Shown here one piece after another: positions 48,672 through 58,683 of a DNA stretch of 64,000 nucleotides. The position numbers were made by a program, and so were the translations under genes. The DNA comes from Spirochaetia bacterium (GTDB taxonomy: Bacteria; Spirochaetota; Spirochaetia; SZUA-6; Bin103), in assembly GCA_965199955.1 (NCBI GenBank), contig CBDATQ010000001.1:1568001-1632000 (forward strand). Reading direction: 5' to 3'. The notes below the pieces were generated by a model, which was not told the DNA's origin, ran no database searches, and worked only from the letters and a program-made list of their open reading frames with translations. Every line of letters starts with the position of its first letter. Position 1 is the first letter of the stretch.

Positions 48672-50171
48672 CTAATCGTAGAGCCGGTACGCGTACAGGG
48701 CCGCTCCGTCCACGCGGAAGTGGAGCCACACGGTCTGCCCGCGCAGCTCGCGCAGGTCGGCCTTGTCCTTCCAGCGCACCGCGGTGCGGGAGCCGCCGGC
48801 CAGCTCGATCCGGCAGTCGTCCAGGCCGTAGCCGTCGATGAACTCGCCGTCCGTACGCCGCACGCCCACCTGCACGGCGCCGGCGAACAGCCGCTCGGCG
48901 TTCACTTCCAGCTTGTCCCGCTCGATCCGGAGCGGCTTGGTGAGCAGCTCGCCCGGCTCGCGGCGCGAGTGCGCCATGCCGGCGAAGCGGTCGCGCATGA
49001 TCCACATCAGGCCCATCGCCATCGGCATGCCGGCGCCGGTGCCGGCCGCGCCGCCGGTGTAGAACAGGAAGATCTTCTCGCCGTTCTCGATCGGCGTGTT
49101 GTGCGTGGGGTAGACCAGCACGCGGTCGAACGAGCCGGCCGGACCGGTGTCCAGGAACAGCGTGCCGGGGCAGACCCGCTGCCACGGCTGGCCGTCGCGG
49201 TTGCTGACCAGCTCGCAGCCGTCGCCGTAGCCGGCGTTGCACCAGCGCTCCAGGAATCCCAGGTTCAGGTTGCCGTAGTTGAACGGCGTGATGCCGCCGT
49301 GCCACTCGTACGCGCGGCCGAAGCCGGAGTCGGGCTGGTTGAACACCGCCATCTCGGCCGGGTCGGTCCAGTGCACGAGATCGGCGCTGGTGCGCAGCGC
49401 CGCGTTGCGGCCGAACAGGTTGAGGGCGCGCTCGTTCAGCCACCAGCGGCGGTTGCGCTCGTCGCGGGTGACCATCATGTAGTCGCCGTGCCGCATCGGC
49501 AGCAGCCGCCTGGGCCGGCGCGTCCAGTGCACGCCGTCCGGGCTGGTGTCCAGGTACTGGCCCCAGACGGCGCGCGCTTGCTCCACCTGCTCCGGGGTGA
49601 CGTCCGGGTACTGCTCCGGGTAGGCCGGCGCCCACATGCGGTGGTCCTGCATGTTGGCGATCAGCTTGTAGCGGCGCTCGGGGTCCGGGTCGTCCTCGTC
49701 GCGGATCACGGTGAGGCCGTCCATGTTGTTGAGCACGCCGATCACCTCGCCGTGCTCGTCGGTGGCCGGCAGCCCCTCGCCGCGGCGGGCCAGCTCGAAC
49801 TCGACCAGGTTGTCGCCGTCGGGCGCGAACGTGTACCAGAGGTTGTTCGCGGAGCTGCCGCGGTAGCGCACCACGCCCAGGTCGGGCTTGGTCCAGTGGC
49901 GGCCGTCCATGCTCTCGGCCAGCGCGTAGCCGCCGCGGTCCAGCTCGCCCGGCTTGCGCGCGGTGTTCATGGCGAAGTACCACATGCGCAGGCGGTGACC
50001 GGGCTCGCGGACCACGCTCCCCCACGCCTGCGCGCGGTCTCCCTCCCACGGCCGGTCGGCGCGCAGCACCGGGCGCGGAAACCGCGACGGCTTGTTCACC
50101 ACCCGGACCAGGTTCACGTAGTGCTGGATCTCGGCGTCGTCGACGAACAGGTGCAGGTCGGGATCATTCAT
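48672..50171 (-). CDS. Uncharacterised beta-propeller glycoside hydrolase-like protein (paralog 3)
   Basis: HLFVDD, PVL..D.PWE, S.DG.HW.KP.LG, DPDPERRYK, RDRF, G...TKP, LYAY. Confidence 0.7.
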   Translation of the reverse strand: MNDPDLHLFVDDAEIQHYVNLVRVVNKPSRFPRPVLRADRPWEGDRAQAWGSVVREPGHRLRMWYFAMNTARKPGELDRGGYALAESMDGRHWTKPDLGVVRYRGSSANNLWYTFAPDGDNLVEFELARRGEGLPATDEHGEVIGVLNNMDGLTVIRDEDDPDPERRYKLIANMQDHRMWAPAYPEQYPDVTPEQVEQARAVWGQYLDTSPDGVHWTRRPRRLLPMRHGDYMMVTRDERNRRWWLNERALNLFGRNAALRTSADLVHWTDPAEMAVFNQPDSGFGRAYEWHGGITPFNYGNLNLGFLERWCNAGYGDGCELVSNRDGQPWQRVCPGTLFLDTGPAGSFDRVLVYPTHNTPIENGEKIFLFYTGGAAGTGAGMPMAMGLMWIMRDRFAGMAHSRREPGELLTKPLRIERDKLEVNAERLFAGAVQVGVRRTDGEFIDGYGLDDCRIELAGGSRTAVRWKDKADLRELRGQTVWLHFRVDGAALYAYRLYD

Positions 50172-50221
50172 CGCCGTGCAGCTTAGTGGCCGCACGGGCT
50201 GCCGTGCTACCGTCAGGTCTC

Positions 50222-53200
50222 ATGCGACATCTGTTCATAGACGACGGCGAGCTCACGCGGGTGGAGCGGCTGTACCGGCGGGTGCATCAGCCGCGCCGGC
50301 ATCCGGACAACCCGGTGCTGGACGGCGATACGCCGTGGGAGACGCACGTGTCGGTGTACGGCACCACGCTGTACGACGAGGAGCGCGGCCTGTTTCGCCG
50401 CTGGTACCTGACCAGCCCGGGCAGCAACGAGGAGCGGGTGTCGGTCGGTCCGGCCGGCGGCCGGGTGCTCAGCATTCCCGGCAACGTGACGCTGCTCGGC
50501 TACGCCACCTCCACCGACGGCGTGCACTGGGAGAAACCGGACCTGGGCCAGATGGCCATCGCCGGCGACAGCCACAACAACATCCTGCACATCGGCCGCC
50601 TCAACTGCGAAGGCGCCTCGATCATCGAGGATCCGGACGACCCCGACCCCGACAAGCGCTTCAAGGCCTTCTACTGGGAGCACGGCGGCGACGGCACGCT
50701 GACCAAGCTGCCGGGCGGCCGCGTGCTGTTCGGGACCGGCGACGGCGACGGCATGTGGATCTCGCATTCTCCCGACGGCGTGCGCTGGACGAACTACGCC
50801 ACCAACCCGGCCATCGCGCTGGGCTCCGACACCGACCAGACCGTGCTGCGCGACCCGGCCCTGCACCGCTACGTCGCCTTCGGGCGCTTCAACGCCGGCG
50901 GGCGCAAGATGGCGCGCGCCGAGAGCGACGACTTCGTGCACTGGACCGAGCCCGAGCTCGTGTTCGAGTGCGACGAGGGCGACGAGGCGGAGACGCAGTT
51001 CTATGGGGTGCCCATCGACCTCTACGAGGGGCTCTACCTGGGCATGCCGTGGATCTACCGCGAGGGGGTGGACGGCACGATCGACACCCAGCTCGCCGTC
51101 AGCCGCGACGGCATCGACTGGCAGCGGGTGGGCGCGCGCGAGACCTTCCTGTCGCTCGGCGCGCCGGGCGGCCCGGAGGACGGTATGTGCCGGGTCGGCA
51201 AGCGGTTCATCGTCCGCGGCGATCAGATCTACCTGTTCTACGGCGCCGTGCAGGGGCCGCACGGCGGGCGCAAGTTCTCCGGCAACTCGCGCGCGACCGG
51301 CCTGTGCCTGGCGCTGCTGCGTCGCGACGGGTTCGTGTCCATGAGCGGCGACGGCGACGGCGGCTGGCTGCTGACGCGTCCGGTGGCGGTGGATGCGGGC
51401 CGGGGCGAGGCCGCACTGCACCTGAACGTGAACGCACGCGGGCGGGCGGTGGTCACGCTCTGCGACGACGACGGAGTGCCGATCGAGGGGTTCGAGCCGT
51501 CGCGGGCGGTGTCGGGCGATCACACCGACGTGACCGTGGCTTGGCCCGACCGGCAGATCGGAGCGCTGGCCGGGCAGCGGCTGAGGCTGCGGATCGAGCT
51601 GCACGAGGCCGACCTCTTCTCGTTCTGGTTGGAGTGTATGGCACCGGCGGCGGATTCCGAGCCGAACGCGGCGCCCGCGGCCGGCCATCCCCGCGTCTAC
51701 TTCACCGCGGAGTCGCTCGAACGGCTGCGCGGGCAGGCTGACTCGCAGGCGTTCGCGCCGCTCCTGGCGACGATGCGCGAGCGCGCGCAGGCGGCGCTGG
51801 CCGAGCCGATGCCGGAGGTGGTGCTGCCCGACGACCTGCTGCTTCCGGGCGAGCCCACCTGGGACCAGCGCTACCCGCGCGACGAGGAGACCTTCGCGGC
51901 GCACGAGCGGATGATGTACCCGCTGCGCGCGCTGTACGTCGCGCTGCCGGCCACGGCCTTCGTGGCCATGCTCGACGGCGACCGGGCGTGCCGGGACTAC
52001 GCGGTGGCGGGGATGCGGCACCTGGCCGGGCTCGACCTGGAGAGGACCTCCTACCTCAACACTCACCAGTTCCACGGCGTGGTGCCGTCCGTGTCGCAGG
52101 CGCTGGACTACCTGTGGGACGACCTGGGCGCGGACCGCTCATTCGTCGTCACCGGGCTCGCTGCGCGCGCCGGCGAGTTCCACGCGCACAGCGTGCTCAA
52201 CACCTTCGACAACCCCCTGGACAGCCACAGCATCGTCTACGGGCCGCCGGAGATGGCGGTGGCGGCCCTGGCGCTCTACCACCACGTGCCGGAGGCGGCC
52301 GGCTGGCTGGCCGACGTCGAGCGGTTCCTGGCCGAGGCGTTCCCGGGCTACGGCGGCGCCGACGGCGGCTGGGGACAAGGCTTCGGCTACGTCTACAGCC
52401 ACTACTTCCAGCGCATCGCGCATCTCTTTCGCGTTGCCACCGGCGCCGATCACTTCGATCGGCCGTGGGGCCGCAACAACGGCCGCCACTTCCTGTATTT
52501 CCGGCCGCCGTGGAGCACCTGCACCAGCTTCGGGGACGCCTCCTACTCCACCCACCCGGCACTCAACCGGCAGATCATGGGGATGTACGGGCGCGTCTAC
52601 GGCGACCCGGTCTACCGCTGGTACGCGGAGCAGGTAGAGGACGGCGACGCGGCCGGCCGCGACCCGCTGGCCGAGCTGAGCGCCCGCCTCACCTGGCCGG
52701 AACCGCCGGCCGCCACGCCGCCGCACGAACTGCCGCGTTCGGTCCACTTCGCCGACACCGGCTGGGTCGCCTTGCACAGCGACCTCACCTCGCGCGAGGC
52801 GAACGTGATGCTCTGCTTCAAGAGCAGCCGCTTCGGCTCGTTCAGCCACAGCCACGCCGACCAGAACAGCTTCGTGCTGGAGGCGTTCGGCCGGTCGCTG
52901 CTGATCGACAGCGGCTTCTACCCCTGGTACGGCAGCCCGCACGATCTTGCCTGGACCCGCCACACCCGCGCCCACAACGCGGTGCTGGTCGACGACCGCG
53001 GCCAGGCGGTCTGGAGGGTGGAGGCGAGCGGCCGCATCATCGCCTTCGCGACCGGGCCGGACTACGATTACTGCGCCGGTGACGCGACCGCGGCGTACGG
53101 GCTCGAGTCCCACGAGCACACCCACCGCCCGCTGCGCTTGAGCGAGCGCAGCGCTGCGGAGCTGGGCGTCGAGCGCGCCATCCGCCACGTGATCTTCCTG

Positions 53201-53473
53201 CGCCCGGCCGTCTTCGTCGTGATCGACGACGTGGTCACCCGGGAGCCCCGGCCGGTGCAGCTCGCCTTCCACGCGCCGGTGCCCTTCGAGGTGCCGGCGC
53301 CTGCCGAGGCGAACGGCGGCGTGACCGCGGCGGTCGGCAACCCGCCGGCGCTGGCGCGGCTCACCTTCTGCGCGGAGCCCGGCGCCGCCGCTGCCCGGCT
53401 GGCGCGCGCCGATCGCTTCCCGGTCGACCCGGAGCGCTCCGACGAGCAGGAGTACCCCCGCAGTGGCACCTGA
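50222..53473 (+). CDS. Beta-propeller hydrolase-like domain (paralog 4) fused in frame to a heparinase II/III-like polysaccharide lyase
   Basis: N-part: LFIDD...LRRDGFVS...DLFSFWLE. C-part from ATG 51638: HPR, DGGW.QG..Y, SHSHADQNSF, HTRAHN. Confidence 0.8.
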   Translation: MRHLFIDDGELTRVERLYRRVHQPRRHPDNPVLDGDTPWETHVSVYGTTLYDEERGLFRRWYLTSPGSNEERVSVGPAGGRVLSIPGNVTLLGYATSTDGVHWEKPDLGQMAIAGDSHNNILHIGRLNCEGASIIEDPDDPDPDKRFKAFYWEHGGDGTLTKLPGGRVLFGTGDGDGMWISHSPDGVRWTNYATNPAIALGSDTDQTVLRDPALHRYVAFGRFNAGGRKMARAESDDFVHWTEPELVFECDEGDEAETQFYGVPIDLYEGLYLGMPWIYREGVDGTIDTQLAVSRDGIDWQRVGARETFLSLGAPGGPEDGMCRVGKRFIVRGDQIYLFYGAVQGPHGGRKFSGNSRATGLCLALLRRDGFVSMSGDGDGGWLLTRPVAVDAGRGEAALHLNVNARGRAVVTLCDDDGVPIEGFEPSRAVSGDHTDVTVAWPDRQIGALAGQRLRLRIELHEADLFSFWLECMAPAADSEPNAAPAAGHPRVYFTAESLERLRGQADSQAFAPLLATMRERAQAALAEPMPEVVLPDDLLLPGEPTWDQRYPRDEETFAAHERMMYPLRALYVALPATAFVAMLDGDRACRDYAVAGMRHLAGLDLERTSYLNTHQFHGVVPSVSQALDYLWDDLGADRSFVVTGLAARAGEFHAHSVLNTFDNPLDSHSIVYGPPEMAVAALALYHHVPEAAGWLADVERFLAEAFPGYGGADGGWGQGFGYVYSHYFQRIAHLFRVATGADHFDRPWGRNNGRHFLYFRPPWSTCTSFGDASYSTHPALNRQIMGMYGRVYGDPVYRWYAEQVEDGDAAGRDPLAELSARLTWPEPPAATPPHELPRSVHFADTGWVALHSDLTSREANVMLCFKSSRFGSFSHSHADQNSFVLEAFGRSLLIDSGFYPWYGSPHDLAWTRHTRAHNAVLVDDRGQAVWRVEASGRIIAFATGPDYDYCAGDATAAYGLESHEHTHRPLRLSERSAAELGVERAIRHVIFLRPAVFVVIDDVVTREPRPVQLAFHAPVPFEVPAPAEANGGVTAAVGNPPALARLTFCAEPGAAAARLARADRFPVDPERSDEQEYPRSGT

Positions 53474-53721
53474 CTGCGGCGTTCGACGCTGCCGGCCGCG
53501 AGCGGCTACCGGTGACCGTGATCCAGGTCGGGCGCACGGGCGAGGAGTTGCCGCCGGTGCGCGTCGAGCACCACGGCTCGGCAGCCGGGATCGACGGCCA
53601 GCGTGTGGTCGCGGTCGAGATGGACGGGCACACGGCGACGCTGCGGGTGAACGGGTTCGGGTCCTCGCTCGCGTGTGCCGGCCGCGGCACCGCTGCGCTC
53701 GAGGTCTCCGCGCCGCGTTGA
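53461..53721 (+). CDS. Frameshifted C-terminal continuation of the lyase
   Basis: One more C in the C5 run at 53455-53459 gives YPPQWHLTA...SAPR*, whose stop overlaps the next start (TTGA). Confidence 0.65.
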   Translation, partial: QWHLTAAFDAAGRERLPVTVIQVGRTGEELPPVRVEHHGSAAGIDGQRVVAVEMDGHTATLRVNGFGSSLACAGRGTAALEVSAPR

Positions 53722-54434
53722 AGCGCGGCGGGAAGGCGGCACGCGCCGCCGTGCTCGGCGCTGCCGCGCTCGCCGGCGCCGAAGGGGCGTTCGCCGCGGG
53801 AGTGCTGGAGGGCCAGGCCGCCACCCAGCGCTCCACGATCGCGGACGTCGCGGAGCTGACGATCCGCACCGACTTCGAGGAGGTGCGGGTGTTCGCGGCC
53901 GACCGGCAGGACGTGGAGGTGGAGCTGTCGGTGTCGGAGCGCATGTCGCGCCGCAACCGGCCGGAGCTGGCCGTGGACCGGGACGGCACCGCAGTGACGG
54001 TGCGCGTGGGCGGCAACGACCTGCCGATCAGCCGCGCCTCGGTGGAGTGGGGGCCGAAGCTGACGCTCTCCGTGCCGGCCGGCGTCGAGCTGACGGTGCG
54101 CACCGGCAGCGGCGCGGTCGTCGTGCAGGGGCTCCGGTCCGAGCGGCTGGAGATCTTCACGGCCAAGGGGGACGTGTTCGTGGGCGACTGCGCCGGGCCG
54201 CTGCAGGTGGCCGGCGGGTCGGGCTCGATACGGGTGGCGCGCTCGGACGGGGACAAGCGGCTCAGCTCCACCAGCGGCACGATCGAGGTCGTCGACTCCC
54301 GCGGGGCTGTGATCGCGCGCACCGACAGCGGAGCGCAGCGGTTCCTCCGTATCGAAGGCGACCTCACCGTGCTGCGCGGCACCGCACTCGCAGTCTCCGA
54401 GCATCGAGGCCGCCTGATCGTCGAGGATCGCTGA
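53718..54434 (+). CDS. DUF4097-like beta-strand repeat (putative adhesin) protein
   Basis: Signal peptide, L.VP, repeated T.SG.I/V. Confidence 0.68.
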   Translation: MKRGGKAARAAVLGAAALAGAEGAFAAGVLEGQAATQRSTIADVAELTIRTDFEEVRVFAADRQDVEVELSVSERMSRRNRPELAVDRDGTAVTVRVGGNDLPISRASVEWGPKLTLSVPAGVELTVRTGSGAVVVQGLRSERLEIFTAKGDVFVGDCAGPLQVAGGSGSIRVARSDGDKRLSSTSGTIEVVDSRGAVIARTDSGAQRFLRIEGDLTVLRGTALAVSEHRGRLIVEDR

Positions 54435-54488
54435 GCCAGGAGCGACGCGTTCCGTTTCCCCGCGGTAGCGTGGTACCGTCGGGGCCGC

Positions 54489-55679
54489 ATGGCCACCACG
54501 CAGGAGGCCGCGCCGCCAGAGGTCCATACCGCGCGCCGCGGCCTGTTCGGCCGCCAGCGCCTCACCGAGGAAGAGAAGCGCGAAGCCTTCTTCACGGCCA
54601 CGCAATGGCGCCTGATGTGGCTCAAGTTCCGCAGCCACCGCTGGGCGCTGTGGGGACTCCTGGTCATCTCCGTGTTCTACTTCGTGGCGATCTTCGCCGG
54701 CTTCTTCGCCACCAACGATCCGGTCACGCGCCGACCCGAGTACCAGTACCTGCCGCCGTCGATCCTGGGCAAGGCGCGCTCGTTCCGGCTGTTCGACCAG
54801 GAGGGCAGCTTCCGGCCGGTGATCTATCCGGTGCGCACCAAGCTCAACCTGCAGACCTTCGAGCAGGATGTCTTCCCCGACCTGGAGAACGAGCGGCCGC
54901 TACGGCTGTTCGCCAGGGGCGACCCGTACACGCTGTTCTTCATCATAGAGAGCGACATCCACCTGTTCGGCTCGGGCGACCCCGAGGTGCGCTGGTTTCC
55001 GCTCGGCACCGACGGCTCGGGCCGCTGCCTGTATTCGCGCATGGTGCACGGCGCCACCCTATCGCTGTCGATCGGCATCCTGGCGATCGCCATAAGCTGG
55101 GTGCTGGGCGTCCTCATCGGCGGGATTTCCGGCTACTTCGGCGGCATCGTCGACAACGTCATCCAGCGGATCATCGAGGTGCTGATGTCGTTTCCGACCC
55201 TGCCGCTGTGGATCGCGCTGTCCGCCGCGCTGCCGCTGCATTGGACGGTGGTGCAGGTCTACTTCGCAATCACGCTGATCCTGTCGGTCCTGGGCTGGAC
55301 GGGGCTGGCGCGGGTGGTCCGCAGCAAGTTGCTGGCCGTCCGCGAAGAGGAGTTCGTGCTGGCGGCCACCCTGGACGGCTGCCAGCGCCCGCGGCTGGTG
55401 GCACGCCACATGCTTCCGGCGTTCGCCAGCCACCTGATCGTGGTCGCCAGCAACCAGGTGCCCGGCATGATCCTGGGGGAGACGGCGCTGAGCTTCATCG
55501 GCGTCGGCCTGCGGGCGCCGGCGGTAAGCTGGGGCGTGCTGCTGAGGGAGGCACAGAACGTGCAGTCGGTGGCCCTTCGCCCGTGGCTGCTGCTGCCGGC
55601 GCTGCTGGTGGTGTTCACGGTGGTGGCGTTCCAGTTCCTGGGCGACGGCATGCGCGACGCGATGGATCCATACCGGTGA
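54489..55679 (+). CDS. Opp/Dpp-type ABC permease (DppC-like)
   Basis: LGTD..GR..YSR, GGISGYFGG..D, ILGETALSF.G.GL..P.VSWG, FLGDG.RDA.DP. Confidence 0.92.
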   Translation: MATTQEAAPPEVHTARRGLFGRQRLTEEEKREAFFTATQWRLMWLKFRSHRWALWGLLVISVFYFVAIFAGFFATNDPVTRRPEYQYLPPSILGKARSFRLFDQEGSFRPVIYPVRTKLNLQTFEQDVFPDLENERPLRLFARGDPYTLFFIIESDIHLFGSGDPEVRWFPLGTDGSGRCLYSRMVHGATLSLSIGILAIAISWVLGVLIGGISGYFGGIVDNVIQRIIEVLMSFPTLPLWIALSAALPLHWTVVQVYFAITLILSVLGWTGLARVVRSKLLAVREEEFVLAATLDGCQRPRLVARHMLPAFASHLIVVASNQVPGMILGETALSFIGVGLRAPAVSWGVLLREAQNVQSVALRPWLLLPALLVVFTVVAFQFLGDGMRDAMDPYR

Positions 55680-55701
55680 CGGCTGACCGGGTCGCCCGCT
55701 C

Positions 55702-56697
55702 ATGATCACCTTCCTGGTGCGCCGGGTCTTCATCATGATCCCGACGGTGGTGCTGATCTCGGTGATCTCCTTCCTGGTGATCGACCTGCCGCCGGGCGAC
55801 CTGGCCAGCTCGTACGTCGCGCGCCTGGAGCAGTCCCAGGAGGTCTTCAGAGACGAGGCCGAGGACATGATCGCCGAGTTGCGCGCCCGCTACGGACTCG
55901 ACGATCCGTTCTTCGTGCGCTACTTCAAGTGGGCCAGCCGCTTCGCCCGCGGCGACTGGGGCTTCTCCCTCCTGTGGAACAAGCCGGTGCGGCTCCTGAT
56001 CCAGGAGCGCGTCCTGCTCACCGTCTCCATCGCGCTGCTGACGCTGATGCTCAGCAGCGCGATCACGTGGCCGGCCGGGGTGGGGGCCGCGCTGCGCCAG
56101 TACTCGCTGTTCGACAACATCTTCAGCTTCACCGCCTTCTTCATGATGGCGATCCCGAACTTCCTGTTCGCGCTGATCCTGATGTACCTTGCCTACGAGT
56201 GGTTCGACTACCAGCCGGGTGGCCTGTTCTCTCCGGACATGGTCGACGCGCCGTGGGGCGTGCCCAAGTTCCTGGACTTCCTGGCGCACATCTGGATGCC
56301 GCTGGTGGTGCTGGGGTTCGAGTCGATCGGCGGCGGCCTGCGCACCATCCGCGCCAACGTGCTGGACCAGCTCCGCATGCCGTACGTGACCACGGCGCGC
56401 GCCAAGGGCGTGCCGGAGACGCGGCTGCTGGTCAAGTACCCGATCCGCATGGCGGCCAACCCGTGGATCTCCACCGTGGGCTGGATCCTGCCGGGTCTGG
56501 TGGCAGGCGAGGTGCTGGTCTCGATCGTGATCGGCCTGCCCACCATCGGACCGCTGATGCTGGAAGGGCTGGTCAACCAGGACATGCAGCTCGCCGGCGG
56601 CATCCTCATGCTGCTGGCCACCCTGACGGTGATAGGCACGCTCATCTCCGATCTGCTGCTGGCGGTGCTCGACCCGCGCATCCGGATCACCGAATGA
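55702..56697 (+). CDS. Opp/Dpp-type ABC permease (DppB-like)
   Basis: PGD, YGLD.P...RY..W, YVTTARAKG, SDLL.A.LDPRI. Confidence 0.92.
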   Translation: MITFLVRRVFIMIPTVVLISVISFLVIDLPPGDLASSYVARLEQSQEVFRDEAEDMIAELRARYGLDDPFFVRYFKWASRFARGDWGFSLLWNKPVRLLIQERVLLTVSIALLTLMLSSAITWPAGVGAALRQYSLFDNIFSFTAFFMMAIPNFLFALILMYLAYEWFDYQPGGLFSPDMVDAPWGVPKFLDFLAHIWMPLVVLGFESIGGGLRTIRANVLDQLRMPYVTTARAKGVPETRLLVKYPIRMAANPWISTVGWILPGLVAGEVLVSIVIGLPTIGPLMLEGLVNQDMQLAGGILMLLATLTVIGTLISDLLLAVLDPRIRITE

Positions 56698-56710
56698 GCG
56701 AGGCGACGGC

Positions 56711-58675
56711 ATGGACGTTCGCGACGACCTGGCTCTGATCCCGCGGCCAAAATCGGTCTGGCGCCTGCCCGGCACGGCGCGCGGGGTGCCGGAGCTGAAG
56801 GCGGGGCCGGAATGCGCGGAGGCCGCATCGGTCTACGCCGAGTGCGCGGCGGAGCTGCTGGGAACCGGCCAATCCGGTTCGGGGGAGGCCGGCTCCGGCG
56901 CGGTGCGCATCCCCGTCCACCTGTCGCTGCGCCCGCCGCCGCCGGCCGGCGACCACGGCCCGGAGGCGTACCGGCTCGGCGTGGCCGGCGAGGGCGGCAT
57001 CGAGGTGCGCGCCGCATCGCACGCCGGCCTGGTGTACGGCATCCACACGCTGCTCTCCCTTGCCCGTCCGCGCGGCGGAACGGTGGAGTTGCCGTGCTGC
57101 GTGATCGAGGACTGGCCCGACTTCCGGCTGCGCGGCCTGCAGGACGACCCGGCGCGCGGGCAGGTCTCCACCGTGCCGGGCTACGAGCGCCTGATCCGCG
57201 AGCTATCCCGCCTGAAGTACAATGTGCTCACCTTCCACACCGAGGATCTGTTCGCCTTCGAACGCTACCCGACCCTGGGCCGCGCGCACGGCGCCATGGA
57301 CGCCGGGCAGTGGCGGCATCTGGTCGAGTACGGCCGGCGCTACGGCGTCGAGCTGTTCCTGACCTTCCAGACGTTCGGCCACGCCGGCCGCGTGACCGGC
57401 ATGCCGGAGTTCAATCACCTGTCCGACCTGGAAGGCGGCGCCAGCCACTACTCGCCCGCGGTGCCTGCCACCTACGAATTCATCGGCGACCTGCTGGAGG
57501 AGCTGGCGGAGGTGTTCGACGGCGACACGGTACACGTCGGCTGCGACGAGGTGGCTCTGAGCGACCACGGGCTGCGCTCCAGCGCGATGGTGCGCGAGCG
57601 GGGCGCCGCGGCCGTGTACGTCGACCACGTGCGCGCGGTCGCGCGCCTGGCGCGCAGGCACTGGCGGCGGGTGCTGTTCTTCGCCGAGTTCGCCGACAAC
57701 CGCTACCGCCCGGACGTGCAAGGAGCGGACGACGACATCCGTGCGCTGCGCGACGAGGGCCTGTCGTTCGTGAACTGGAACTACTACGACGTGCAGCCGG
57801 AGGAGTACTTCCCCTTCCTGCACAAGCTGCAGCGCCACGGCGTCGACCAGGTGATCTCGCCCGGGGTGTGGACCTGGCGGCAGCTCTTTCCGAGCTTCGC
57901 GCAGACGCGGGAGACGCTGCCGGTGTTCACGCGGCTCGGCTTCCAGGAGGGGATCACCGACAGCATCACCTGCGCGTGGAACGACACGCGCGACTGCTTC
58001 CGCGAGCTGCACTGGCTGAACTACGCGTTCGCCGCCGAGCACCAGTGGAACGGCGCCCCGCGGGTCGAGGCCGACGAGCCGTTCATCGCCCGCTGGGCGG
58101 AATGGTTCTTCGGCGCGCCTGCGGACGCGCTCGCGCGCGCCCACGAGTGGCTGGGCGGCCTCAACGCCAAGGCGTTCGCCGCCGCGCGCCACGACCACCG
58201 CTACCCGCGGGAGTTCAACTGGCGGCCGATGTCCGCGCACGCCGTGTTCTGGAATGAGCCCGTCCCCGGCGCCGGCAGCGCGGCGGACGCGAAGGCCTCC
58301 GAGCGGTTGGCCGGGGAGGCGCGTGCGCTCCAGGGCGAGGTGACCGCCGCCGCGCCGTCGCTGCCGCGCAACCGGGCGGTCGCCGAACTCGTGGCCTACG
58401 AGTTGCGCCGCGCCGCCTGGCTGTTCGACAGCGTGCGCTTCGTCTCGGACCCGGACACCGGCGCCGCCGGCCGCCTCGCGCATGAGCTGCGACAGCTCGG
58501 CCGTGACTTCGTGCCGCTGTGGGACGCGACCAACATCCCGCAGGGGCGGGAGGGGATCGACGAGCGGTTCGCCAAGCTGGTCGGGCTGTACGAGCAGGAA
58601 GCGCGGGCGATCACGCCGTGGGACGGCGGATGGGGTCCGGCGCGGCGCATGCAGACCGGCCCCCATCCGATGTAG
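56711..58675 (+). CDS. Glycoside hydrolase family 20 (beta-N-acetylhexosaminidase-like)
   Basis: LIP.P, EAY.L, IEDWP.F.LRG, QTFGH, catalytic HVGCDE, W.Y. Confidence 0.85.
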   Translation: MDVRDDLALIPRPKSVWRLPGTARGVPELKAGPECAEAASVYAECAAELLGTGQSGSGEAGSGAVRIPVHLSLRPPPPAGDHGPEAYRLGVAGEGGIEVRAASHAGLVYGIHTLLSLARPRGGTVELPCCVIEDWPDFRLRGLQDDPARGQVSTVPGYERLIRELSRLKYNVLTFHTEDLFAFERYPTLGRAHGAMDAGQWRHLVEYGRRYGVELFLTFQTFGHAGRVTGMPEFNHLSDLEGGASHYSPAVPATYEFIGDLLEELAEVFDGDTVHVGCDEVALSDHGLRSSAMVRERGAAAVYVDHVRAVARLARRHWRRVLFFAEFADNRYRPDVQGADDDIRALRDEGLSFVNWNYYDVQPEEYFPFLHKLQRHGVDQVISPGVWTWRQLFPSFAQTRETLPVFTRLGFQEGITDSITCAWNDTRDCFRELHWLNYAFAAEHQWNGAPRVEADEPFIARWAEWFFGAPADALARAHEWLGGLNAKAFAAARHDHRYPREFNWRPMSAHAVFWNEPVPGAGSAADAKASERLAGEARALQGEVTAAAPSLPRNRAVAELVAYELRRAAWLFDSVRFVSDPDTGAAGRLAHELRQLGRDFVPLWDATNIPQGREGIDERFAKLVGLYEQEARAITPWDGGWGPARRMQTGPHPM

Positions 58676-58683
58676 AAAGCGCC

